Part shown: positions 1 to 11,700 of the stretch, in pieces
Position numbering within the stretch: position 1 is the first letter of the stretch
How the letters are laid out: each line of letters starts with the position of its first letter
Assembly: GCA_012862495.1 (NCBI GenBank)
Contig: BLSG01000073.1
Location: forward strand, 143,010 to 207,009
Source: Thraustochytrium aureum
Taxonomy: Eukaryota
DNA: 64,000 nucleotides
Direction of reading: 5' to 3'
Program-made: the position numbers and the translations under genes
The notes under the pieces: model-generated
What the model was told of the DNA's origin: nothing
The model's database searches: none
Seen by the model: the letters and a program-made list of their open reading frames with translations, nothing else

Positions 1-381
1 CCGAGGCGCGCAGAGGAGCTGTGCGTGCTGACGCGCGCGGCTGAAACGGACGTGCAGAGCTGCTGTTGGCGGCCTGCTGAGGTGCGCCGCGCCGAGCGCT
101 GCGTTGCGCTCGACCTTGAGCGAGCTGAAGCAATGGCAGCGTTTGTAGCGCCTGGGCAGCGCCTCGAAGGGGACGCGGTCAAAGCCGTGAGAACCGCCGC
201 GCGAGAAGATGCAGCAAGGGCGAGGCGCAGGCAAGGCTCAAGTAGGCTGCTGGCGAGCAAGGAGAATTGCGACCCGCACCACGTCCTGGCTGTGCTGGCG
301 CAGCAACCCCTGAAAATTAAAGGCGAAAAGTCGACTGTCGCTGCCGCTCCGGCCGAGCAGAGCGAACCACGGCCACCAAGC

Positions 382-412
<31 letters not shown>

Positions 413-2075
413 CGCGCTATCGCACTTTTGCGGACGTGCAGCGCGAGGTTGCTATTGCGACACGCGAAGCAGTTCCTCCTGTGAGCGAGCTTCTTGGAAG
501 CCTCATGGCGGCGCTCGTCCGCGCTGAAGTGGCCTGTCGGGACGGAGCCCCCCGCCCCCCCCCAGGTGCGACAGAGGCGAGGCCGGGCAAGCAAAGAAAA
601 AGTCAGTGCGCTTCGCTAGCTCAACCTTCAACTTGCTGACAACGCCGGACATCGGCGTCCCAAACTCGGAGGCGGCTGTCGTGCTGGCCGTGCAAGCGCT
701 ACAGGACGCGCTTGACGTAGCGAGCGCGATCCAAGGACGCGTCAAGCAGAAATGTAGCGACATGGCTCGCGCGATCCACGCAGTGGTCTGCCAGCTCGAG
801 ACATCCTCTTATGAAGACGCCTATTGGCAGTGCCCTGGCGCGTTTTGTGTGAGCATGTTTCGTGGAATAGCTGCCGGAGAAGTGCAAGTCAACTTGCACG
901 AGAAGGCGCAGATCGCGGTGGAGGCTGGCCTCCGGTTTGTGCACCGGAAGCTTTTCAACACCCCGCTAAAACGGGTCTATCGGGCGGACTCGGAGTCGGA
1001 TGCAACTGTGTCAGCGGTGAGTGACGTACCAGACGGGATCTCGGAATCAGAGCAAGGGCCGGTTGAGATTGGCATTTGCGACATGGGTTCATACGAGTAC
1101 AACAATGACGATATTGCCGCAATGCTGCGCGACGCGCTTGCCGCGGTTCACGATACTCTGCCCACAGCCAAGGCATGGCTGGCGTTCCGGCGCAACCAAC
1201 TTTCATTCTGGGCACGTGCCGGCAGTGATGAATCCGAGGCGGAGCCGCAGTTTAACGCTGACCTTGTGCCGGCCATTGAGCTGTTCGCGCGGGCGCACAC
1301 GTTCTTGCACGACGTTTTCGTGGGCACGGCTTGGGTGCAGAGCGCCGTTCTGGCGCGCAGCACGCTTTTGCGCAACCACATGACGTTCGTGAGGGCGGCG
1401 CACAGTCTGGGCATGGACGGGCAAGCGCCGTTTGCGCAGCTCGGCCAACCAGCGCAGCTTGTGCAGCTGCTTGAGCTGGAGCACGATCTCGCCTTTTCGA
1501 TTCGCGCTTGGCTCCTGCAATCGTTTGCTTTGGAGGTTCCGGAGGGGCGCGGAGCTAGCAAGAGGAAGCGAGCCGACGCCAGCGCCGCGCCGGTGCTGGC
1601 TTGTAAGGTTCGATTCCCCTCGGTCCTCGGGAGCGACTTTGGCAAACCCCCGTGCGCCGTTTGCGCCAAGCCGGTCTATGCTCACGCCCCGGAGGACGCC
1701 GTAGCCTGCACGCACNNNNNNNNNNNNNNNNNNNNNNNNNNNNNNNNNNNNNNNNNNNNNNNNNNNNNNNNNNNNNNNNNNNNNNNNNNNNNNNNNNNNN
1801 NNNNNNNNNNNNNNNNNNNNNNNNNNNNNNNNNNNNNNNNNNNNNNNNNNNNNNNNNNNNNNNNNNNNNNNNNNNNNNNNNNNNNNNNNNNNNNNNNNNN
1901 NNNNNNNNNNNNNNNNNNNNNNNNNNNNNNNNNNNNNNNNNNNNNNNNNNNNNNNNNNNNNNNNNNNNNNNNNNNNNNNNNNNNNNNNNNNNNNNNNNNN
2001 NNNNNNNNNNNNNNNNNNNNNNNNNNNNNNNNNNNNNTGTACTGCACCGCCCGCCGAGGAGCGACTGCCAAGTGA
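1..2075 (+). CDS. Uncharacterised nuclear protein with probable C-terminal PHD/RING-like zinc finger; 5' end probably outside the window, frameshift in C-run at ~549-563, C-terminus partly in N-gap
   Basis: ORFs 25..639 and 606..2075 join if one base is added in the C-run, reading ...RCDRGEAGQAKKKSVRFASS. CAVCAKPVYAHAPEDAVACTH precedes the gap and YC follows it. Basic KRKR patch. Confidence 0.5.
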
Positions 2076-2282
2076 GGCATCCAGAGCTTGTCTGTTCTAG
2101 GTTGCTTGCTCGTGGGACTTGCTGATGGAACGCGCCGTGGTTTTCGCGTCGACCCAACGTCTGCTCGGCTGACTGGCAAGACGCGCAGCCGGGCGCCTAC
2201 CCGCAGCAGCGACGCGATGTTTTGAGAAATTGTTTTTGTTTCAATTAGACTGAGGCGGTCACTTGCTTTTGATTGAAACACC

Positions 2283-2342
2283 TTGCGCCGGCGCTGGCCG
2301 CATTTGCGCCGGCGCTGGCCGCATTGCGCCGGCGCTGGCCGC
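2283..2342. repeat. Tandem repeat, 3 copies of ~20 bp (TTGCGCCGGCGCTGGCCGCA)
   Basis: Directly visible, upstream of the ATG at 2491. Confidence 0.85.
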
Positions 2343-2490
2343 CTTCGCGATGCTCGATCGGAACGGATTGCTCGATCAAGATTTCATCGTTCAACAATCT
2401 TGAAATCTTGATCAAGATCTTGACAAGAACACCGGCAAGAGAGAAAATTCACGGGTTGCGTTCAGGCCGCCGATAAAGCCCAAAGCAACA

Positions 2491-3138
2491 ATGGCTCTCG
2501 CCGCGGCGCTTCGCGAGGACGTTGTGCGGGAGCTTGACGCCGCGTTCTTCGGCTCGGATTGGCACAGCTGCAGCCCAGCCGAGCTCGCGGAGAGGCTTGG
2601 GACGAGCCTGAGCCAAGGCCGACAAGAGCGGACGCTGGGAGCGCCCCCCAACCTGATTCCCTCCCCGCAAGAGTGCCCGGCTTGGCTCTGCTGCTTGCTC
2701 CCGTGGCTCAAGCACACGGCAGCGATGCAGAGCTACCGGCGCTGCGTCGCGGAGAGCGCGAACACGTTGCGGGGCGGGCGAACAGTTTGTATCGACCCCG
2801 AGTCTTTGGAGTGTGGCGACGTCGTGCTGCTCGACAAGGGCGACACAGTTCCGGCGGACTGCAGACTGGTGGAGTGCAGCGACGAGATGCTTGTGCAGCC
2901 CTTCGACTGCGAGGGGGAGAGCCTCGCGTGCACGAGCGCCGACGCAGATCGGCGCGCCTCGTTTTTGGAAGCGAGCAACATGGTCTTTTCGGGCGGACTT
3001 GTTCTCGATGGCAGCGCGCGCGCTGTCGTGGTCCACGTCGGTGGTGAGACGGTGATGGCGTCGCTGATCAGGCGCGGGCGCTGGCCCCCGGCAGCGTTTT
3101 TGGCGCCCCACGACGAGCGCCGCTTGCTCCCCGTGTAG
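2491..3138 (+). CDS. Stand-alone P-type ATPase N-terminal plus actuator (A) domain protein, 215 aa
   Basis: WHSCSPAELAERLGTSLSQG...PNLIP (Cation_ATPase_N-like), then TLRGGRTVCID, LECGDVVLLDKGDTVPADCRL, CEGES (TGES equivalent), NMVFSGGLVLDGSARAVVVHVGGETVM. Clean ATG and stop. No DKTGT motif and no TM segments. Confidence 0.8.
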   Translation: MALAAALREDVVRELDAAFFGSDWHSCSPAELAERLGTSLSQGRQERTLGAPPNLIPSPQECPAWLCCLLPWLKHTAAMQSYRRCVAESANTLRGGRTVCIDPESLECGDVVLLDKGDTVPADCRLVECSDEMLVQPFDCEGESLACTSADADRRASFLEASNMVFSGGLVLDGSARAVVVHVGGETVMASLIRRGRWPPAAFLAPHDERRLLPV

Positions 3139-3504
3139 GTTGCACTTTGGCGCAAGCCCAGCTTGTTGGCGCACACTTCGAGCAGCCGGTCTCGGAGCGG
3201 TCGGGCGGCGTCGCGCGAGTTGCGCGACCGGCCTGTGGGCGGCCCTGCCTGTTCTTCAGGGCCAGGGTACTTGGTAACGAATACAGACAGCGACTCGTTG
3301 ATTTCAAGATTGACTAGCAACAGAAGAGCCTACACTCGCCGCTCGGCTTGCGCTACACGTAGCTGGGCGCATGCATCGCCGCAAGTGCTTCTGCAAGAGA
3401 CATCCATCCGCTCAGGGCCGCTTCCGCGCAGGGTTGTTCACTTCCAATCTGCCCCCGCCAGCCAGCTCGCGCGAGCTGGCGGGCGCGTCACATGTCCGGC
3501 ACGT

Positions 3505-3813
3505 CTACTTGATCAGCTCGCGCTCCTCGCGGATCTTCTTGAACTCGGCCATGAGTGGCGCAAGGTAGACCTTGCCTGGCTCCTGCAGCGCCTCGATCTC
3601 CTTGGGCAGGTACTCGTGCTTGAAGCTGAGGTCGACCGCGCGCTTGATGCGGCGCTGGCGGGCGATGTACTCCTCGCGGGGGATGTAGTCAAGGGCCTTT
3701 TGCAGGTCCGGGTTCTCGACCATCAGCACGTCTTCATACCGCAGCCCATACTGCGCCAACGACTTGTGCACCGACTTCTGGTACCACTTGGCGACGGTCC
3801 GCAACAGGCTCAT
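3505..3813 (-). CDS. QCR7: Cytochrome b-c1 complex subunit 7 (UQCRB, 14 kDa)
   Basis: 102 aa with YGLRYED...ALDYIP...RQRRIKRAVDLSFKHEYLPKE...YLAPL...EREL, the typical UCR_14kD signature. Confidence 0.93.
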   Translation of the reverse strand: MSLLRTVAKWYQKSVHKSLAQYGLRYEDVLMVENPDLQKALDYIPREEYIARQRRIKRAVDLSFKHEYLPKEIEALQEPGKVYLAPLMAEFKKIREERELIK

Positions 3814-4242
3814 CTTTCCTTCGCAAACAAGAGCGCAACCAGTCAGCCACCGCCCCATTCACGCGGCGCGCCCGGCCCAGTCACGCCCGCGCCGCCAGGC
3901 ACGGACCAATCCACCGACCACCGCCATCCAGCCAGCCAGCCACCACACGGACGTGCCAACATTCACCCCGCACCGCGATGCCAAGCCATTGAACGAACCT
4001 TTCTAAAGCGTGTCTGCGCTCTCCTCTTCAATCGATCGCTCGACCAGCCAATCCCTCGACCGAAGCTTGCCTCCGCCGCGCGCTGCTCCTGCTGACTGCC
4101 TTGCTCGTCTGTCTGTCGCTGGCCGTCAGTCGCCCGCGCTTGTTAACACCCACGCGCAGTGGCGTCACCCCTGCACCTAAACCGCCGGGACTCCGTCATC
4201 GTGCGCCGCTGCTTGCGGCAGCACTAGGTAGAGCCCTGCATA

Positions 4243-4357
4243 GTGACATCATCATTCGAATGATGTAGTTGTACTGCCGCAGGAACGCAGGCCACGTCAT
4301 CCTCCCCAACGCGCTCGTGACGTCAGATAGCCCACACTAAATATGTGATGACGTCAC
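4243..4357. promoter_or_regulatory. Cluster of CRE/ATF-like motifs in the divergent QCR7/RNASEH2B intergenic region
   Basis: TGACGTCA at 4318-4325 and 4349-4356, TGACATCA at 4244-4251, CACGTCA at ~4293, and a 16-bp palindrome CATCATTCGAATGATG at 4250-4265. Confidence 0.45.
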
Positions 4358-5054
4358 CGGTTGAGAGACTGGGCTGGGGCAGTTTGGTGCTGGGTTGGTG
4401 AGCGGGGCCGTGCGAATGGGTTGGTGCGCGTTTGAATTTGGTTTTGATGANNNNNNNNNNNNNNNNNNNNNNNNNNNNNNNNNNNNNNNNNNNNNNNNNN
4501 NNNNNNNNNNNNNNNNNNNNNNNNNNNNNNNNNNNNNNNNNNNNNNNNNNNNNNNNNNNNNNNNNNNNNNNNNNNNNNNNNNNNNNNNNNNNNNNNNNNN
4601 NNNNNNNNNNNNNNNNNNNNNNNNNNNNNNNNNNNNNNNNNNNNNNNNNNNNNNNNNNNNNNNNNNNNNNNNNNNNNNNNNNNNNNNNNNNNNNNNNNNN
4701 NNNNNNNNNNNNNNNNNNNNNNNNNNNNNNNNNNNNNNNNNNNNNNNNNNNNNNNNNNNNNNNNNNNNNNNNNNNNNNNNNNNNNNNNNNNNNNNNNNNN
4801 NNNNNNNNNNNNNNNNNNNNNNNNNNNNNNNNNNNNNNNNNNNNNNNNNNNNNNNNNNNNNNNNNNNNNNNNNNNNNNNNNNNNNNNNNNNNNNNNNNNN
4901 NNNNNNNNNNNNNNNNNNNNNNNNNNNNNNNNNNNNNNNNNNNNNNNNNNNNNNNNNNNNNNNNNNNNNNNNNNNNNNNNNNNNNNNNNNNNNNNNNNNN
5001 NNNNNNNNNNNNNNNNNNNNNNNNNNNNNNNNNNNNNNNNNNNNNNNNNNNNNA

Positions 5055-5780
5055 TCTGCACCTTGGACAGTACGTTTCCCACGGCTAGCACCACAACAAA
5101 GCGCGTCGCCGCTCTCAGGTCCACTAACAAAGTCCAAATGGATCGCGTTGTGTTCGGTCGCAGACAAGTACGGCGACGACATGGTTCTCGTTCAACTTGA
5201 GACGGATAAAGTCGAGAGCTGGCTCAAGGCAAAGGTCGAGCGCGTGTGCGCTTGTCTCGCTGCGCGACCGATCTCAACCGACCTAAGCTCGTACAAGGGG
5301 GCCATTCCCACGTTCAACTTTGGCAGCACGGCAACCTCTAGCAAGCCCAGTGAAGCGCTGCTGGCCTTGGCGAAGCCGGGCGAGCATCCGTTTCTGAAGG
5401 ACGCCATCGCACTCGTGGCAGAGTATTTGGAGCCACAGTGGTCGGATCGACTTGCAGGAATATTCCAGCGAGAGGTGGATGAACAGACAAAACTTGAGGC
5501 GGAGCAGCGCGCAACGATAGAGGCGGAGCGCGCGGCCTATGTGGCAGCAGAACCGGTACCCTCTGTGCCCCCTTCTAAGGATGACGCGCCGAAAAAGTCT
5601 GGCCCATCTATCGCCCAGAAACGGCTCGCCAAAGTGAACAAAAAGGGCATGCAAAGCCTGTCGCGATTCTTTACGCCCAAAAAAACCTCTGGAAAATCTG
5701 ACCAGATTGGCGACCAAGCCGGCCAGGGGGAAACGAATGACAAGGACTGCGCGACCAAGGACTGCGCGACCAAGGACTGA
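5055..5780 (+). CDS. RNASEH2B: Ribonuclease H2 subunit B, C-terminal part (5' end in N-gap)
   Basis: DKVESWLKAKVERV, DAIALVAEYLEPQW, and C-terminal AQKRLAKVNKKGMQSLSRFF (PIP-box region characteristic of RNASEH2B). Ends in a short KDCAT 15-bp repeat. Confidence 0.85.
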   Translation, partial: SAPWTVRFPRLAPQQSASPLSGPLTKSKWIALCSVADKYGDDMVLVQLETDKVESWLKAKVERVCACLAARPISTDLSSYKGAIPTFNFGSTATSSKPSEALLALAKPGEHPFLKDAIALVAEYLEPQWSDRLAGIFQREVDEQTKLEAEQRATIEAERAAYVAAEPVPSVPPSKDDAPKKSGPSIAQKRLAKVNKKGMQSLSRFFTPKKTSGKSDQIGDQAGQGETNDKDCATKDCATKD

Positions 5781-6140
5781 GCGAGCACGTCAATAGGTCG
5801 CTAACACTGGCCCAATCGCGCGCACGAGGCAAGGCCATGCTATGTACGTTGGAGTCTCTTTTTTGCAGACCCGACAACCTGGCCAAACCTGCAGCGCGTT
5901 TCTCGAGCACTGCCGGCGCTCCTGGAGGACAAAAGCGCTTGCGTTGCAATGCCAGTCAGAATAATCTCGTAGCAACAACCTCGTAGCAACAACCGCAGGC
6001 TTTTCGGTCTGGGCCTCATATTGATAGGCTGCTGTGCTTTCTCTTCTACTACTCGAGCTCGAGGAACTCCACTACACGTCACGTTGTCCACCTGCGAATG
6101 GTCAGGTTGCAGGCTCTGGTGCCGTAACTGCTTCTCTCCC

Positions 6141-7427
6141 TTAGAGCGATGCGAGGACAAGGACGGTTGCAAAGGCAACACTTGCTCCAGTTGCCGCTGC
6201 CGACGAGGGCGACGGCGCAAGCGTCTCGCGACTCTGCAACTCCGTAGATGGAGCCGCAGTTGGCTTGAGAGTCGGCTCGGGGCTCGGGTCGCCGGCGCTA
6301 ATGGGGCTTGCAGTGGCGCCATCGACGGTGGGGCTTGTTGAGGGCTTGCTCGTGGTTTCGACGGGCTTGGCAGTTGGCCTTGGGCTCGGCGACTTTGACG
6401 GGATCGGCGTAGTCGGCGAAGCGCTTGGCTCGTAGGTCGGAGACAGGCTAGGCGAGGCGCTCGGTGACAGTGTGGGAAGCGGGGTTGGCGACGNNNNNNN
6501 NNNNNNNNNNNNNNNNNNNNNNNNNNNNNNNNNNNNNNNNNNNNNNNNNNNNNNNNNNNNNNNNNNNNNNNNNNNNNNNNNNNNNNNNNNNNNNNNNNNN
6601 NNNNNNNNNNNNNNNNNNNNNNNNNNNNNNNNNNNNNNNNNNNNNNNNNNNNNNNNNNNNNNNNNNNNNNNNNNNNNNNNNNNNNNNNNNNNNNNNNNNN
6701 NNNNNNNNNNNNNNNNNNNNNNNNNNNNNNNNNNNNNNNNNNNNNNNNNNNNNNNNNNNNNNNNNNNNNNNNNNNNNNNNNNNNNNNNNNNNNNNNNNNN
6801 NNNNNNNNNNNNNNNNNNNNNNNNNNNNNNNNNNNNNNNNNNNNNNNNNNNNNNNNNNNNNNNNNNNNNNNNNNNNNNNNNNNNNNNNNNNNNNNNNNNN
6901 NNNNNNNNNNNNNNNNNNNNNNNNNNNNNNNNNNNNNNNNNNNNNNNNNNNNNNNNNNNNNNNNNNNNNNNNNNNNNNNNNNNNNNNNNNNNNNNNNNNN
7001 NNNNNNNNNNNNNNNNNNNNNNNNNNNNNNNNNNNNNNNNNNNNNNNNNNNNNNNNNNNNNNNNNNNNNNNNNNNNNNNNNNNNNNNNNNNNNNNNNNNN
7101 NNNNNNNNNNNNNNNNNNNNNNNNNNNNNNNNNNNNNNNNNNNNNNNNNNNNNNNNNNNNNNNNNNNNNNNNNNNNNNNNNNNNNNNNNNNNNNNNNNNN
7201 NNNNNNNNNNNNNNNNNNNNNNNNNNNNNNNNNNNNNNNNNNNNNNNNNNNNNNNNNNNNNNNNNNNNNNNNNNNNNNNNNNNNNNNNNNNNNNNNNNNN
7301 NNNNNNNNNNNNNNNNNNNNNNNNNNNNNNNNNNNNNNNNCCCAATCATGTTTGTGTCGCATGAAGCCATGGCGTCCGTGCAGCCCACAAGGGCGGCTGA
7401 CGCTGCGATGGCCAGAGCAATCTTCAT
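6141..7427 (-). CDS. Secreted Ser/Thr/Pro-rich mucin-like protein, probably GPI-anchored (middle in N-gap)
   Basis: Signal peptide MKIALAIAASAALVGCTDA; SPTPLPTLSPSASPSLSPT stalk; C-terminal SSAAATGASVAFATVLVLASL hydrophobic tail with no cytosolic tail. Confidence 0.7.
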   Translation of the reverse strand: MKIALAIAASAALVGCTDAMASCDTNMIGXXXXXXXXXXXXXXXXXXXXXXXXXXXXXXXXXXXXXXXXXXXXXXXXXXXXXXXXXXXXXXXXXXXXXXXXXXXXXXXXXXXXXXXXXXXXXXXXXXXXXXXXXXXXXXXXXXXXXXXXXXXXXXXXXXXXXXXXXXXXXXXXXXXXXXXXXXXXXXXXXXXXXXXXXXXXXXXXXXXXXXXXXXXXXXXXXXXXXXXXXXXXXXXXXXXXXXXXXXXXXXXXXXXXXXXXXXXXXXXXXXXXXXXXXXXXXXXXXXXXXXXXXXXXXXXXXXXXXXXXXXXSPTPLPTLSPSASPSLSPTYEPSASPTTPIPSKSPSPRPTAKPVETTSKPSTSPTVDGATASPISAGDPSPEPTLKPTAAPSTELQSRETLAPSPSSAAATGASVAFATVLVLASL

Positions 7428-8675
7428 TCTGGAGTGCTGCGCGACGTGGGCTCTTGTGCTTTGATCCTTGGCCGCTAGATGTCCTTTGAACAGTTGGGTG
7501 CGATGTGCTTTGGGGTTCGGGTTCTGGTCCCACGGAGATGTGCTGCTCTCGCATGCTTCACCTTGCAAGCCGGAAATGCCACATCCTATAGGTCTGCTCT
7601 GCTTTATGACGGGGCGGCCCAACGCGGAGGTCGCAGAGGGGGCCAAGTGAGTGAAAGCGGGGAGGGCCAGCTACACGGCGGGAGGTCGATCGCCGCGTTC
7701 GGCGGCCAAACTGACCGAAGAGCGGTTATGAGGTTCTCTGATTTGCCAGTTTCTGGGCTGTTGCCTCGTCACTTTGTGAGAGAGTTGAGGAAAGGTTGGT
7801 CGGTTCTCGCCAGACCGCATCGTAGCATTCGAGCGTTGGCCAGCGCGGAGGTGGGTGGTCTGTTCGGTCGCCGCGAAGGAGCATCGTCCTATGTCGCGGA
7901 GTCCGCGAATCGCAGTATTTCAGCATCGCGATGGCGGGGGCCGTGCATCACTTCTTGTAAAGTCCTCCTTGCTAGAGCCGGGCAAAAGCGCAGCCCTTGG
8001 CCGCGCTGTGCGGTTGCAGGAATCATCCCATCCCGAAAGCAACATCCGACCTGGCATTGGCACCGAGGCGTGGCGTCACTGGAATGCACTGGTCTCCAGT
8101 GGACCCTTTTGACTCCCTTTCAAGGCCTGCCTTCGGCACGAGCACGAAAAAGCGCGGAGCGGGTGGTCCTTGTTGGATCCGACTTGTTAGGGATGAAGCA
8201 CGTCACTTTTGGTCGGCTAGATCTCCCCTTCAAAAGGACCGGGGGGGTCAATTTTTATCTCCCAGGTGGCATCAAAAGAGTCCATTTCTTTTGAGCGACG
8301 CAGGGTGGGTCAGTTCGCTGAGTACGTGACGGAGAAAGAGCGCGCCAGCTGAATATGGAATTCGGCGCGATCGGAGTCCACCCACACGCGTCCCTTGGCC
8401 AGGCCACCGCATTTGAAATTCGCTCCAGACGTGCATCGCACTGGCGCGGTCTACCTTTTGCAGGTTCGTATACCCGGGTACATGGATAGTACAACCGCGT
8501 ACAACGCTGTAGGCCAGCACCGAATGAATCAGAGCAACTCGAAAACAGACAACCGGATATCTGCTGCTCGGAGCCCCAGGTTCTTCGCCGGACAAATGAT
8601 CGCGCCCCGGGGGACCGCGAATGTCGAACCTCATGCGCTTGTGGCGCTGCATCGTCAACGCCCCAAACGCATGCT

Positions 8676-8757
8676 GCCAAGCGTCGCAGCCAAGCGTCGC
8701 AGCCAAGCGTCGCAGCCAAGCGTCGCTGCCAAGCGTCGCTGCCAAGCGTCGCTGCCA
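8676..8757. repeat. Tandem 13-bp repeat GCCAAGCGTCGC(A/T), 6 copies plus partial
   Basis: Three copies end in A, then three end in T. Non-coding context. Confidence 0.9.
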
Positions 8758-11700
8758 TGTTCTCCGGCCTGCTGCCTCGCCTGTTGTCCTGTTTTCTCAC
8801 TGCATGCTCAGGATCCGGATGCATGCAACGAAGACGACTGTGGTCCATCGCAGTCTGTCTCAGACGGCCCGCGCTCTGCCAATGGCATCTCGAGCCACAG
8901 CCGCGGCCTGCGCGCGGCGAAGTTCGAGCACCCTGTTTTCGGCAAAACCAACCCCCTCGACGTGCTTGGGTGCCGGCCTGGCCGAGCGCGTTGCCGCCAC
9001 GGCCAGCGGTCCGGAGCGAGCCGGTCGCGCGCGTTGCGGCGCGGCTGCGCTCGCGTTGCGTGCAGCGCGAANNNNNNNNNNNNNNNNNNNNNNNNNNNNN
9101 NNNNNNNNNNNNNNNNNNNNNNNNNNNNNNNNNNNNNNNNNNNNNNNNNNNNNNNNNNNNNNNNNNNNNNNNNNNNNNNNNNNNNNNNNNNNNNNNNNNN
9201 NNNNNNNNNNNNNNNNNNNNNNNNNNNNNNNNNNNNNNNNNNNNNNNNNNNNNNNNNNNNNNNNNNNNNNNNNNNNNNNNNNNNNNNNNNNNNNNNNNNN
9301 NNNNNNNNNNNNNNNNNNNNNNNNNNNNNNNNNNNNNNNNNNNNNNNNNNNNNNNNNNNNNNNNNNNNNNNNNNNNNNNNNNNNNNNNNNNNNNNNNNNN
9401 NNNNNNNNNNNNNNNNNNNNNNNNNNNNNNNNNNNNNNNNNNNNNNNNNNNNNNNNNNNNNNNNNNNNNNNNNNNNNNNNNNNNNNNNNNNNNNNNNNNN
9501 NNNNNNNNNNNNNNNNNNNNNNNNNNNNNNNNNNNNNNNNNNNNNNNNNNNNNNNNNNNNNNNNNNNNNNNNNNNNNNNNNNNNNNNNNNNNNNNNNNNN
9601 NNNNNNNNNNNNNNNNNNNNNNNNNNNNNNNNNNNNNNNNNNNNNNNNNNNNNNNNNNNNNNNNNNNNNNNNNNNNNNNNNNNNNNNNNNNNNNNNNNNN
9701 NNNNNNNNNNNNNNNNNNNNNNNNNNNNNNNNNNNNNNNNNNNNNNNNNNNNNNNNNNNNNNNNNNNNNNNNNNNNNNNNNNNNNNNNNNNNNNNNNNNN
9801 NNNNNNNNNNNNNNNNNNNNNNNNNNNNNNNNNNNNNNNNNNNNNNNNNNNNNNNNNNNNNNNNNNNNNNNNNNNNNNNNNNNNNNNNNNNNNNNNNNNN
9901 NNNNNNNNNNNNNNCGGCTCGAGCGTGTGCAAGCTCGGAGCTCGGGCCTGCGGGACAACTTGGCATCTCCGGATGCCTCCGGGGGGCCAGCGCGCTCCAG
10001 GATGCGGGCGACCTTGCCCGAGCGGATGGCGTGGTAGAGCTAGGCGCTGACGCAAGACGCCACGTACGAGGCCGTCGCGGCCGGCCGCCCTGTACTGTAA
10101 GGTACTGTATGTCTGCACTCTACTGTATGTGCCAGCGCCGCCTCGCCAGTCCGCACGCACGCCCGCCAGAGCTCCGCAAGTAGCAGCGCCAGAAGCAGCG
10201 CCTGCCCGGCGGCGAGGCCGCTCGTTCGCCGCGCGCTCGTTGCCAAGGATGGCTGCCATGTCAATGCTGTCTCGCCGGCGCGCGCGCGCCGTGCATGCAC
10301 CACGCTGGACGAAACATGTCTTTGGCGTGCGACACTTTGAGGGGCGAGTTGATTGAGGGCTGCCGATGACGAGACGGTGCGTGAGCGCTTTCCATCCATC
10401 TGCATTCCAGCCTGAGACGTCTCGAGCAGGTACGTACGTACTCGCAGAGCAAGCGGTAGGTAGCGTACCTCTGGAGGGTCGAACGCCAACCTGAGACGTC
10501 TCTTGATGGACTCCACGTGGTCGGGTTGTTACTCTTCGCAGGGAGGCGCGGCCTCGAACGAAAAGTGCAAGCAAAGTGAAAGCAAGGAGGCCTCCGTGGA
10601 GAAAGTGAAACAAACAACGCAGCCCAGCCCATCATGGGTAGTAAGTAGATCAGGCAGCACCAACGGGACGTCTTCGCTGCGCCACGACTCGGAAGGCGGC
10701 TTGCTGGAGAGGGCGCAGGCCGGCCCATGAGGGCCAGAGGTCGAATGCGTTGCGAATCGAAGGTCTCTTGATTGAAAGTCAAGTTGGCTGGGTGAGTACT
10801 GCGTAGAGTAGAGTACACCCATACTTGCTCGAGTAGGGTAGGATCGGCGTCTCAGCTGGTGGGGCAGGGTAGGATCGAAAGAAGTCCAACCTGTAGTGAG
10901 ACGCGCGTTGGTAGGATTGGTCCGGGCGCAGTGCAGCGCCAGCCCGCCGCGCGCCGCGCCTCCTCCTCCACGCCCATGGCTTTTGACAAACAGCCTGAGT
11001 GCTTGCCAGAGCAGGCTGGTTGGGGTTCGTGCGGGACTGTCCCGTGGGCGAAGGGGCTGGTTGGCTGGCTGCTGTCCGAAGACAGTGCGCTCGCCAGCAT
11101 CCCACGTGAACGGATAGTTGAATAAAAAACGGGCAAGAAGGTACCTAGAGTACTTACTCTGCGCCTCGATTTCGGTGCCTGGAGTCCGTTGAACACTCCG
11201 AGCAGCAGAGCTCGGCAGTTCCCAAACAGCAGTGACTGGGCCAACAGAGGGGCATGTGGACATCGCCTGAGCGGGCAGCAGCAGCACGACGGCAGCAGCC
11301 AGCACCACGTCCTTGCACCACGTCCTTGCGCCACGAACTTGCACCNNNNNNNNNNNNNNNNNNNNNNNNNNNNNNNNNNNNNNNNNNNNNNNNNNNNNNN
11401 NNNNNNNNNNNNNNNNNNNNNNNNNNNNNNNNNNNNNNNNNNNNNNNNNNNNNNNNNNNNNNNNNNNNNNNNNNNNNNNNNNNNNNNNNNNNNNNNNNNN
11501 NNNNNNNNNNNNNNNNNNNNNNNNNNNNNNNNNNNNNNNNNNNNNNNNNNNNNNNNNNNNNNNNNNNNNNNNNNNNNNNNNNNNNNNNNNNNNNNNNNNN
11601 NNNNNNNNNNNNNNNNNNNNNNNNNNNNNNNNNNNNNNNNNNNNNNNNNNNNNNNNNNNNNNNNNNNNNNNNNNNNNNNNNNNNNNNNNNNNNNNNNNNN

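Noticed and set aside
8676..8757. Possible CRISPR array (also the arrays at 14673, 46092 and 49063)
   Set aside because: Units are directly adjacent with no unique spacers, there are no cas genes, and the context is eukaryotic.
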